DNA of 64,000 bases from contig OZ257156.1 of assembly GCA_965279375.1 (NCBI GenBank), forward strand, positions 5,184,001-5,248,000, given 5' to 3'. The notes beneath the pieces are model-generated. The model was not told the origin of the DNA and searched no databases. It saw only the letters and a program-made list of their open reading frames with translations. Positions 55,878 through 64,000 of this stretch are shown in pieces. Origin of the DNA: Gemmatimonas sp. (GTDB lineage: Bacteria; Gemmatimonadota; Gemmatimonadetes; Gemmatimonadales; Gemmatimonadaceae). How positions within the stretch are numbered: position 1 is the first letter of the stretch; the number at the start of each line of letters is the position of its first letter. The position numbers and the translations under genes are program-made.

Positions 55878-56579
55878 ATGCCGGTATCCTCTGCGCTCTC
55901 TCATCGGGCGGACACGACTGAACGATCCACGGGGCCCGACCCCGTTCCGGCGCGTTCCCGTCTCTGGCTCGAGTTCGTCAACACGGACGCCGCCGCGCAA
56001 TCACCGCGCGGAGATTTGTTGCGCGACTTCGATGCCCTGGTCAGCTGGCTCAACAGCCACGCCGCGCTCGACGATGAACGGAGCGACGGCATCCGGCGCC
56101 GCGCCATCCTGCAACCGGCCGCGGCGGCCGCCACCCTCGTCGAGGCGCGACGCGTGCGCGCCTCGCTGCGAGTCCTCGCCGAACGCGGTGCGTCGGTCGA
56201 GCGCGTGCGGGACGATGCGGTCGTGGAGATCAATCGCGTCCTCGGCCGAAGCGCCGGAACGCGTCGTCTCGAGCGGCATCCTGACGGTGGCTATGTGCGC
56301 GCCTTCGTGCCCACCGGCGATGCCTACGCGGGGCTGATGATACCTATCGTCGAGTCCGCCGCCGATTCACTCGCCGGCGACGAGCTCGCGCGCGTGCGAC
56401 GCTGCGCCGACTCTCGCTGCTACCGCGTGTTTCTCGACACCACCAAGAACGGCTTGCGCCGGTGGTGCGACATGGGCACCTGCGGCAATCGCGCCAAAGC
56501 GGCGCGGCATCGCGCGAAGGAGCGGCCGCGCGCCACTCGCCCACCGCTGGTCGATCGCCAGCCGGAGATGGGCGCGTAG
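55878..56579 (+). CDS. ABATE + CGNR zinc finger domain protein
   Basis: LEFVNT; RRCADSRC..VFLD...RRWCDMGTCGNRAK. Confidence 0.92.
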   Translation: MPVSSALSHRADTTERSTGPDPVPARSRLWLEFVNTDAAAQSPRGDLLRDFDALVSWLNSHAALDDERSDGIRRRAILQPAAAAATLVEARRVRASLRVLAERGASVERVRDDAVVEINRVLGRSAGTRRLERHPDGGYVRAFVPTGDAYAGLMIPIVESAADSLAGDELARVRRCADSRCYRVFLDTTKNGLRRWCDMGTCGNRAKAARHRAKERPRATRPPLVDRQPEMGA

Positions 56580-57296
56580 ATGAGCACGATCGAAGTAGCG
56601 GAACTCGACGCAACGGCGCTCGAGCGTGGCAGCGGTTCGGAGCGGAGCGAGTCGTCGTCGGACACGGCACTCGAACGTGGCTTCGTGGCACTGCTTCGTT
56701 GGCTCGTCTCCGAAGGCGACACGCGCGGCGTGCGGCGCATCGCCGTGGAATTGCGCGCGCTCCGCGAAGCGCTGATCACGCTCGACGAAACGCGCCTCGC
56801 GCGCGACGAGCAGATGCGCCGTTCGCAGGAACTCGACCGCGAGCTGCAGGCGGCACTGGCCGTGCTGGGTCCGGGCACCGCGGTCAACGGCAACGGCTCG
56901 TTAGTGCAGCGACTTGCCAAATTGCGGGAACGTCTCAGCGAAGACATGTCGGCGCGCCGTCAGCTCGTGCTCGAGCGCGACGCGTGGCGATCGATGTGCA
57001 CGCTCCTCACGCAGACCCGCGCCGGCGTCCACGAACTCCTCGAAGTCACCGAGCGCGAACGCGACGGACTGGCGGCCTCGGTCGATGTGCTGCGCGACCG
57101 CGTGCTCGAACTCACCTCGATGCACGACGACGCCTCACGCGACGCGACGCGGTCGCGTGCCGAACTCGGCGAGCTGCGCGACACGCTGCGTCATTGGAGC
57201 GGCACCGTCGAACGAGCGCTGCAGGAGCTGGCAAAGACAGCGGGGGCGATTGCCCGTGAGCATCGCCCCCCCGACCTGCCGAAGCACCCGAACTGA
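56580..57296 (+). CDS. hypothetical coiled-coil protein
   Basis: Starts immediately after the CGNR stop with GGAG upstream; heptad-like L/E/R-rich sequence. Confidence 0.7.
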   Translation: MSTIEVAELDATALERGSGSERSESSSDTALERGFVALLRWLVSEGDTRGVRRIAVELRALREALITLDETRLARDEQMRRSQELDRELQAALAVLGPGTAVNGNGSLVQRLAKLRERLSEDMSARRQLVLERDAWRSMCTLLTQTRAGVHELLEVTERERDGLAASVDVLRDRVLELTSMHDDASRDATRSRAELGELRDTLRHWSGTVERALQELAKTAGAIAREHRPPDLPKHPN

Positions 57297-57317
57297 GTCA
57301 GCGCGAGCTGAGTCAGC

Positions 57318-57983
57318 TCACGCCGGCTGCCCCGACGCGAGCGTCACCGTCTGCGGCACCACGGCACGTACCACCGACTCCTTCAGGTAGCCCATTTCGA
57401 CGGCGAAGTCCGCGAGCTTGCGCTGCAACAGGCGTCGGCCGCGAAACAGCCGCGACTTGACCGTGCCTTCGGGCACGCCGAGCACATCCGCGATCTCGGC
57501 GTAGCGCAGTCCCTGCAGATCGCTGAGCACGACGGCCGAGCGGTACTCTTCCGGGAGGGAGCGGATTGCCCGCGTCACTTCGTCGTCGAGGAACGAATCG
57601 TAGAAGCGGCCTTCCGGATCGGCCTCCCCGACGGCCTCGAACATCGCCCACCCCTCGGTATCCTCCGGCTGCTGCACTTCGCGTGCGTCGATGCGACGCT
57701 TCCGGCTGACGAAGACATGGTAGAGGATCGTGAAGAGCCAGGCGCGAATGTTCGTGCCCAGATGGTACTGCTCCCACCGCTCCAGGGCACGCAGCAGTGT
57801 GTCCGACACGAGATCCTCAGCGTCGTCGCGAGCGCGTGCGAGCTTGAGCGCGAATGAGTAGAGCGCATCGAGGTGGACGAGCGCCTCGCGTTCGAACTGC
57901 GCACGACGCGCCTGCCGCTCGTCGGCCGACATCGCCGGCGCTTCCATCGCCTGCTCCACTATTTCGTCATTGAGACGTACCAT
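57318..57983 (-). CDS. ECF sigma-70 factor (SigH/SigR-like)
   Basis: DAEDLVSDT, GTNIRAWLFTIL, LPEEYR, YAEIA..LGVPEGTVKSRLFRGR. Confidence 0.92.
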   Translation of the reverse strand: MVRLNDEIVEQAMEAPAMSADERQARRAQFEREALVHLDALYSFALKLARARDDAEDLVSDTLLRALERWEQYHLGTNIRAWLFTILYHVFVSRKRRIDAREVQQPEDTEGWAMFEAVGEADPEGRFYDSFLDDEVTRAIRSLPEEYRSAVVLSDLQGLRYAEIADVLGVPEGTVKSRLFRGRRLLQRKLADFAVEMGYLKESVVRAVVPQTVTLASGQPA

Positions 57984-58097
57984 CGAGCGCCCCCCCGGGC
58001 TGCGCACTGCGCAGTAGTGGCCGTCCTCTGAGACCGGTGGAACCGACGCGTTCCGTCCGGGTGCTGCGATGCTGCGCGCTACGCTGGTCGCGGCCAT

Positions 58098-58712
58098 CTA
58101 CTCGAGACCACGCGCGGGCATCATCGCCCCGTCTCGGACGTGCATGGCAATGAACCGCTTGAGATCAATCGCGATGCCTTCGAGGACCGTGAGGTCGCGC
58201 TTGACGCGCGTCATCAGCACCGCGCCTTCGAGCGCCGCGATGATGAACCGCGAAAGCCGTACCGCGTCCACATCGTCCTGCAGCTGCGGACGCGCTTCCC
58301 ACAACAACGAGCGGATCTGGCTCGCCCACCGCTCGAACACCGCCTCGATGCGCACTCGGAATCCCTCGTGCGCGTCCGCCAACTCGGCCGCCAGATTGCC
58401 GAACGGCGACCCGCGTCGCCCACCGCTCTCCGCCTGCAACGCCACCACCGAGTCGATGAACAGGTTCAGCCGCTCGAGCGGATCGATCATTGGCTCGCGG
58501 AGAATCGCGAGGCCGCGTTCCGCGAAGCGCTCGAACTGCCGATTCAGCACCTCGTAGCCCAACTCGTCCTTCGACTTGAAGTAGTGGTAGAAGTGACTCT
58601 TCCCACTGAGCTTCGCGCCCCGAATCACGTCGTCGACCGACGTGGAGGTGAAGCCGCGCTCAGAAATGAGCGTTGCGGCGGCATCGAGGATTTGGGCGCG
58701 GCGGTCTGACAT
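58098..58712 (-). CDS. TetR family regulator (NemR/LmrA-like C-terminal domain)
   Basis: HTH (GFTSTSVDDV...FYHYFKSKDEL); GSPFGNLAAE; LEGA. Confidence 0.9.
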   Translation of the reverse strand: MSDRRAQILDAAATLISERGFTSTSVDDVIRGAKLSGKSHFYHYFKSKDELGYEVLNRQFERFAERGLAILREPMIDPLERLNLFIDSVVALQAESGGRRGSPFGNLAAELADAHEGFRVRIEAVFERWASQIRSLLWEARPQLQDDVDAVRLSRFIIAALEGAVLMTRVKRDLTVLEGIAIDLKRFIAMHVRDGAMMPARGLE

Positions 58713-58722
58713 GTGGCGAAGA

Positions 58723-58740
58723 TAGGACCGTACGGTCCTA
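58723..58740. promoter_or_regulatory. perfect 18-bp palindrome TAGGACCGTACGGTCCTA, probable TetR operator 1
   Basis: Lies 10 nt upstream of the tetR ATG, overlapping its TATCTT -10-like box. Confidence 0.8.
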
Positions 58741-58778
58741 CGCGCAATAGCGCGCAAGAAATAGCTGCAATCCATTGC

Positions 58779-58808
58779 TTGACAACGCTTTAGCTCATCC
58801 TGCATATT
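58779..58808 (+). promoter_or_regulatory. sigma70-like promoter TTGACA-N18-CATATT
   Basis: Perfect -35; the -10 ends 6 nt before ATG 58815. Confidence 0.55.
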
Positions 58809-58814
58809 CGGACC

Positions 58815-59405
58815 ATGAGTCCAGACCACAGCATTTCCGGAGATACGTTAGGACCTGTCAGTCCTATGGAGACTGAACGCACGGTCGAGGTCGTGCGCAC
58901 GTATCTCTCCCTGCCAGACCTCGCCGCGCTCAACCCGGCCCGCCCCCCCCGAGTCGAGCGAGTACTGGCGCCGCTCGACCCCTGCTCGGTCGCCGACTGG
59001 CGCACCCTCTACGCGCGAATCGGCGCTGACTGGCACTGGCACGATCGCGATGCGTGGCCGGATTCGGAGATCGCTGCCCGGTTATGCAGTCCTCACGTTT
59101 CCGTGTATCAGGTCGCGGCACGAGCGACCGATACTCCTGAACAGGCCGGCGGTTTTCTCGAACTCGAGCGTTCTCCCGACGGCGCGGTCGAGATCGTGTA
59201 CCTGGGACTGCACTCCGACTCGATCGGATTGGGTCTCGGGGGCTGGCTGGTCGAGTCCGCGGTGCGTCGCGCGTATGCGCTCGGCGCAACGCGGGTTTGG
59301 CTGCATACCTGTACCCTCGATAGTCCGGCGGCGTTGCCGAACTACCTGGCTCGCGGCTTTGTCGCGGATCGCACCGAAACGTATACCGCCAGGCTCCCAC
59401 TCTAG
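58815..59405 (+). CDS. GNAT family N-acetyltransferase
   Basis: GFLEL, EIVYLGL, IGLGLGGWL, VWLHTCTLDSPAALPNYLARGF; alternative start at 58866. Confidence 0.88.
   Translation: MSPDHSISGDTLGPVSPMETERTVEVVRTYLSLPDLAALNPARPPRVERVLAPLDPCSVADWRTLYARIGADWHWHDRDAWPDSEIAARLCSPHVSVYQVAARATDTPEQAGGFLELERSPDGAVEIVYLGLHSDSIGLGLGGWLVESAVRRAYALGATRVWLHTCTLDSPAALPNYLARGFVADRTETYTARLPL
58849..58866. promoter_or_regulatory. TAGGAC-N6-GTCCTA, probable TetR operator 2
   Basis: Same outer hexamers and spacing as operator 1. Confidence 0.7.
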
Positions 59406-59437
59406 CGTGAGGGCTGGCCAACGAGGCTAGCCCACTC

Positions 59438-60583
59438 ATGCGCGTACAACGTTTTTCCTGGAATCCGTCCGCCGGCTGGATCGACCCGTTGCCGTCCGCG
59501 CCAGAGACCCTGGCGCAGCTGGTGCTCAGCTTCGGTCCCGTCGACACGCCGCCGGCCGCCTGGTTCGACGAGGTGCGCGCCCTGTGGCCGAGCGCACAGC
59601 ACGTCTACGCCTCGGGCGGCGGTCAGATCACCGAAAGCGCGCTCGACGATGAGGTCACCGTGGTCTCCGTGCTCGAGTTCGAGCACGCCACGGTGCACAC
59701 CGTCAGTCGCAGCGGCGTCACCATGGCGGGGAGCGCCGAGATGGGCGAGGACATCGGGCGATCACTCGCCGATATCCCCGATCTCAGGCACGTGCTGATC
59801 TTCGCCGAAGGGCTGACGATGAACGGCGACGCATTCGTGAACGCACTGACCAATGCGCTGCCTGCCAGCGTGTCGGTCAGCGGAGGACTCGCGTCGAACG
59901 GGTTGGCATTGTCCCGCACCGTCGTCGGTCTCGATACCATGCCGGAAGTCGGCAATGTCGTCGCCGTCGCCCTGGCCGGTACATCGCTCAGCATCGGCAC
60001 GGGATCGGTCGGCGGATGGGACCTGTTCGGCCCCGAGCGCGTCGTCACGCGCAGCGACACCGCAGTCGTCTACGAGCTCGATGGCGAAAATGCACTCGAG
60101 GTCTACAAGCGCTACCTCGGCAACTTCGCGTCGGAGTTGCCGGGCGTCGCCCTGCTCTTCCCTCTCGAAGTGCGCCAGGTAGCCGGCGGACCCGTGGCGG
60201 TCCGTTCGATTCTCGCCGTCGATGAAGCGCTCGGCGCGTTGCGCTTCGCCGGAGACATCCCACAGGGCAGCAGAGTACGACTCATGCGCGCGAGCACCGA
60301 CAAGCTGGTGGACGGCGCGTCGAGCGCCGCACGACTCGCACGCGGCGACGAAGACAGCGCCGCCCCGTCGTTCACGCTGTGCATCTCGTGCATCGGCCGC
60401 CGAGCGGTGATGCGCAGCCGCTCCGAGGAGGAGCTGGAGGAAGTGGTGCTCGCGAGCGCGGGCGCGCAGGTAGTGGGCTTCTACAGCAATGGTGAAATCG
60501 CGCCGCCGTCGGATGGTCGCACGCACTCAAAGGCGATGCTGCACAACCAGACGATGACCGTTACGTCCATCGGCGAGCGCTGA
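59438..60583 (+). CDS. FIST domain signal transduction protein (NosP-like)
   Basis: SGGGQI, SGGLAS, VYELDG..AL..YKRYLG, ISCIGRR, GFYSNGEI, LHNQTMT. Confidence 0.9.
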   Translation: MRVQRFSWNPSAGWIDPLPSAPETLAQLVLSFGPVDTPPAAWFDEVRALWPSAQHVYASGGGQITESALDDEVTVVSVLEFEHATVHTVSRSGVTMAGSAEMGEDIGRSLADIPDLRHVLIFAEGLTMNGDAFVNALTNALPASVSVSGGLASNGLALSRTVVGLDTMPEVGNVVAVALAGTSLSIGTGSVGGWDLFGPERVVTRSDTAVVYELDGENALEVYKRYLGNFASELPGVALLFPLEVRQVAGGPVAVRSILAVDEALGALRFAGDIPQGSRVRLMRASTDKLVDGASSAARLARGDEDSAAPSFTLCISCIGRRAVMRSRSEEELEEVVLASAGAQVVGFYSNGEIAPPSDGRTHSKAMLHNQTMTVTSIGER

Positions 60584-60585
60584 AC

Positions 60586-62847
60586 GTGCATCCATTTGTC
60601 GCTCGCCATCTGCGGCGGCACTTCGGGTCGGAACAACCTCCTGAGCGATTGCTGCGGGTGCTCACTTCGGTGAGCAGTCTGCTGCAAGACATCGATCGGG
60701 AGCGAGAGCTCGACGAGGCCGCGATGAGCGAGCTCTCGCGCGAGTTGCATCACCGCTACGAAGCCATGCAGCGCAGCGAGCGACGCTATCGCTTGTTGTT
60801 CGACGACAGTCCGCTCGCGATGATTGCCGTCGCGCGCGCGGACAGCTCGGTGCTGGCGTGGAATCAGGCCGCCGCCTCGCTGCTCGAACACTCGAGCGAC
60901 GAGGTGCTCAACAGGCCGTTGTCGGAACTCAACCTGTGCGGCTACGAGGACTGCGGCATCAGCGCGCTGGTGACCGCCAGCGAACCGCGGCACGATGCAT
61001 CGCACGTGGCGGAGTTGATGCTGTACACCGGCACCGGTCGCCCCATCGACGTGCAGCTCATGCTGCAAACGCGAGAGATCGATGGACAGGACGCGGTGCT
61101 CATCCACGTGCTCGACGTCACCGCCCAGCGCGCCTCCGAGCGCGCCGAACGGGAAAGCATCGCACGGTTTCGTGCGTTCTTCGAGTACGCGGGCGTGGCG
61201 ATTCACGTCCTCTCGTTCGAGGGCATCATCCTCGAGGTCAACCCGGCCTCCAAAGAGCTGCTGGGGTACGAGCCCGCCGAGCTCGTGGGACGACGTGCGA
61301 CGACACTCTCGCCGGATGAAGACGTGGAGGCGGGAGCCGCGGTCGCGCGGGAACTGCGCTCGGGCGTGCGAGAATCGGCCACCGTCGAGCGCCGATTCTT
61401 CCACAAGGACGGACATCTCGTGTGGGGACAGCTCACCGTATCGTTGATCCAGGACGACGGCGCCCCGCGTATGGTCGGCATGATTCAGGACATCTCCGAG
61501 CGCAAGCGCATGGAGGGGCAGCTCGTCAAGCAGGCCTTCCACGATGAACTGACAGGACTCGCCAATCGCGTGCTGTTCCGTGACCGCTTGCACCACGCGC
61601 TCGAGCGCCGCAGCCGACAGGAACAGCTGATCGCCGTCATCCTGCTCGACCTCGATGGCTTCAAGCGCGTGAATGACTCGCTCGGCCACGCGGTCGGCGA
61701 TGAACTCCTCAAGATCGTCGGGCGCCGCATTGCCAGCACGGTGCGCAGCGGAGAGACCGTCGCACGACTCGGCGGCGATGAATTCGCCGTCGTCGTCGAA
61801 GCAACGCCTGGCGGCGACCATCCGGAAGCGCTCGCGGAACGACTGCTCCATCTGCTGCGCCGCCCGATCGAGATCAGCGGACGCGAAGTCGTCGTGGGTG
61901 TCAGCATCGGCATCGCCACCGCGACCGCGGACGACGACGCCGAAAGCGTGCTCCGGAACGCGGACACCGCGATGTATGCCGCCAAGGCATCGGGCAAGGC
62001 GTGCGTGCGTGTCTTCGATCCGGTCATGCATCAGGACGCGATGGAGTGGCTGGAGCTCGAAGGTGACCTGCGCCTCGCGCTCGAACGCGAAGAGTTCTAT
62101 CTCGAATTTCACCCGCTTGTTCGCCTCGACAGCGGCAAGGTGCAGGGCTTCGAGGCGCTGATCCGCTGGCATCATCCCACGCGCGGTGTCGTGTCGCCGG
62201 CGGGGTTCGTCGGGATCGCCGAGGAGACTGGGCTCATCGTCCCCATCGGACGCTGGGTGCTGCAGGAAGCGTGTCGTCGTGCGATGGAGTGGAACGCACT
62301 CAGCGACGATCCACCTTCCGTCAGCGTGAACCTCGCTGCCAAGCAGCTCGACGAAGAGCGCCTCGTCGATGATGTGCGCGAAGCGCTCGCATCGAGCGGA
62401 CTCGATCCGCGCCGCCTCATCCTGGAAATCACCGAGAGCGACGTGATGCGCGAACCGGAAGTCGCGCGCGTCAAGCTGGAGTCGCTCAAGGCACTCGGCC
62501 TGCGGTTGGCGATCGACGATTTCGGTACGGGCTATTCGTCGCTCAGCTACCTGCAGTATTTCCCGGTGGACGAGCTCAAGATCGACCGTTCATTCATCAG
62601 GCGCATCGACGTTGGCGATCGCGATGCGGCGCTCGTGCGCACAATTGTCTCGCTGGCGCGCTCGCTGTCGGTGGAAGTGGTTGCCGAGGGCGTCGAGGAG
62701 GAATCGCAGGAGCGCTACCTGCGCGAGATCTCCTGCGATCTTGGCCAGGGCTACCTGTACAGCAGGCCGCTCCCGGCTGCTGATATCGCCGCGTTTCTGA
62801 GCAAGAAGCGTCCGCGCACCAACGCCGAAGTCACCGCGCTGCCGTAG
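60586..62847 (+). CDS. PAS-PAS-GGDEF-EAL diguanylate cyclase/phosphodiesterase
   Basis: Two PAS/PAC domains, HDELTGLANR, RLGGDEF, FEALIRW, DDFGTGYSSLSYL. Confidence 0.95.
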   Translation: MHPFVARHLRRHFGSEQPPERLLRVLTSVSSLLQDIDRERELDEAAMSELSRELHHRYEAMQRSERRYRLLFDDSPLAMIAVARADSSVLAWNQAAASLLEHSSDEVLNRPLSELNLCGYEDCGISALVTASEPRHDASHVAELMLYTGTGRPIDVQLMLQTREIDGQDAVLIHVLDVTAQRASERAERESIARFRAFFEYAGVAIHVLSFEGIILEVNPASKELLGYEPAELVGRRATTLSPDEDVEAGAAVARELRSGVRESATVERRFFHKDGHLVWGQLTVSLIQDDGAPRMVGMIQDISERKRMEGQLVKQAFHDELTGLANRVLFRDRLHHALERRSRQEQLIAVILLDLDGFKRVNDSLGHAVGDELLKIVGRRIASTVRSGETVARLGGDEFAVVVEATPGGDHPEALAERLLHLLRRPIEISGREVVVGVSIGIATATADDDAESVLRNADTAMYAAKASGKACVRVFDPVMHQDAMEWLELEGDLRLALEREEFYLEFHPLVRLDSGKVQGFEALIRWHHPTRGVVSPAGFVGIAEETGLIVPIGRWVLQEACRRAMEWNALSDDPPSVSVNLAAKQLDEERLVDDVREALASSGLDPRRLILEITESDVMREPEVARVKLESLKALGLRLAIDDFGTGYSSLSYLQYFPVDELKIDRSFIRRIDVGDRDAALVRTIVSLARSLSVEVVAEGVEEESQERYLREISCDLGQGYLYSRPLPAADIAAFLSKKRPRTNAEVTALP

Positions 62848-62864
62848 ACCGCTCGTAGACCTGC

Positions 62865-64000
62865 TCAGCGACGCTTTCGGTGCCCACCACCGTGACCGCG
62901 TCCGCCCTTGCCGCCGTGGCCACCCGGACCGCCACGCTTCCCGTGGCGCCCGAACTCACCGCGAACCTCGCGCACGGTGCGCTCACGTTGACGGTCGTCC
63001 TGCTCCTCGCGCGAACGCCGCTGTAGCTGCGCCTGTTCGTCGTCGGTGAATGGCAGGTCCAGCTTCTCCTGCAATGTGAGCAGGTCGTCGGCCCGCACCG
63101 AGCCACGCTGTCCGCGGGGGACGACGAAACGGACCGGACGATCGAGCACCGGCAGCTCTTCCGGGGCGAGTGTACGCGCCAGCTTCTCGGGTACCTTGAG
63201 CCGAACCACACCGAGCAGCCCTGCTGGCGTGTCTTCAACGTCGTAGTCCATCGCGACCGTGCGATCGCGAATCTCCACCGCGCCCGGGAGCGCGCGTGCT
63301 TCGGCTAACTGCGCGTCGCTGATGAACAACCGACGGTCGAGTACGAGGGGCAGCGAACGAATCGTCTCCCAATCGCGTGCCTCACCCATCGCCTGCTCGT
63401 ACCACGCGGTGAGCTCCGCTTGTCCGAGTCGCGGCGTGGTACCTCGCAGTCGCCGATAGACGTCGCGAATCTCCTCGACGTTCTGCTGATTGCGCCGCAC
63501 GCCGGAATGTCGGAGTTCACCGCGCGCCGCCGCTTCGGCCAACAGATGGCGCGCACCGGCCGCGAACTCCATCGGGAATTCGCCCAGTGCCTCACTCTCG
63601 CGAGAGAGCTCGAAGCCGAAATAGGTCACCTTGCGACGCAACAGGACCGGCGCGTGCTTGCGATCGACATCCAGCGCGAGTTCCGGCGCGTGGCGCACGG
63701 CGTGCTGCTTGATGAGATCGATCGGCAGCTGCGTGCCCTCGATCGATGCGCGTGGCACGCCGAATCGGTCAGCGAAGTAGCGCAGCGAGCCGGCCACGGC
63801 GCCCCAGCTGCCGCAGACGCTCGTCTTGGAGACGCGTGCTTCCTGCCCGTCCGCGGTCTGCTCTTCGATGACGAGATCGAACGGCATGAAGCGCGCGACG
63901 AGATCGGCGAACTCGCGCAGCGTCTTCTCGCGCGCGATCGGCATCGACTCGGGGAGCGGCAGACCGACGCTCCGATACACGCTGGCCATCGCCAGCGCTG
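62865..64000 (-). CDS. C-terminal part of a large protein, possibly an HrpA/DEAH-type helicase (partial)
   Basis: Open frame runs to the window end with a basic Gly-rich tail (GKRGGPGGHGGKGGRG). No helicase motifs are inside the window, so the product call is weak. Confidence 0.4.
   Translation of the reverse strand, partial: ALAMASVYRSVGLPLPESMPIAREKTLREFADLVARFMPFDLVIEEQTADGQEARVSKTSVCGSWGAVAGSLRYFADRFGVPRASIEGTQLPIDLIKQHAVRHAPELALDVDRKHAPVLLRRKVTYFGFELSRESEALGEFPMEFAAGARHLLAEAAARGELRHSGVRRNQQNVEEIRDVYRRLRGTTPRLGQAELTAWYEQAMGEARDWETIRSLPLVLDRRLFISDAQLAEARALPGAVEIRDRTVAMDYDVEDTPAGLLGVVRLKVPEKLARTLAPEELPVLDRPVRFVVPRGQRGSVRADDLLTLQEKLDLPFTDDEQAQLQRRSREEQDDRQRERTVREVRGEFGRHGKRGGPGGHGGKGGRGHGGGHRKRR

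Noticed and set aside
57294..57320. TGAGTCAGC duplicated between convergent genes
   Set aside because: Only two 9-bp copies around stop codons; too weak to interpret.
58027..58054. Autoregulatory ECF promoter GGAAC...GTCT upstream of the SigH-like sigma
   Set aside because: The spacer is shorter than the usual GGAAC-N17-GTT type, and no second copy supports it.
60481..62175. 564-aa minus-strand ORF, plus similar long ORFs at 2671..4254, 9211..10650, 40123..41577 and 52081..53616
   Set aside because: Antisense shadows of well-supported genes.

Overview
GC-rich, densely coding bacterial chromosomal window. It is probably Gemmatimonadota; this is an inference from SusC/SusD and FecIR-type TonB systems in a high-GC genome, plus PEP-CTERM and DUF5916 proteins. 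I found no rRNA, tRNA, CRISPR array, transposase or prophage gene. The most striking region (about 2.8-21.4 kb) is a translationally coupled three-gene operon: an asparagine-synthase-like ATP pyrophosphatase lacking the glutaminase Cys1, a radical SAM enzyme resembling archaeal RaSEA/TIGR01210, and a PrnC/PltM-like flavin-dependent halogenase. It sits between two CRTAC1/ASPIC-UnbV FG-GAP lipoproteins, a secreted TIM-barrel isomerase, a Tat-exported PLP enzyme and a SusC/SusD pair, and I cannot assign it to any characterised pathway. The rest of the window holds a TetR-controlled ABC exporter with an unannotated 38-aa ORF and a FecI/FecR/TonB cell-surface-signalling unit with a readable duplicated ECF promoter. 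It also holds msrB, a fadN-fadA beta-oxidation operon, a PEP-CTERM/di-haem peroxidase pair, a split ACAD10/11 (lva-like) cluster and a plant/cyanobacterial-type ispH. Near the right end are a TetR plus anti-sigma-less ECF module with two palindromic operators and a FIST plus PAS-GGDEF-EAL module. All family calls come from motif recognition by eye; no database searches were run.
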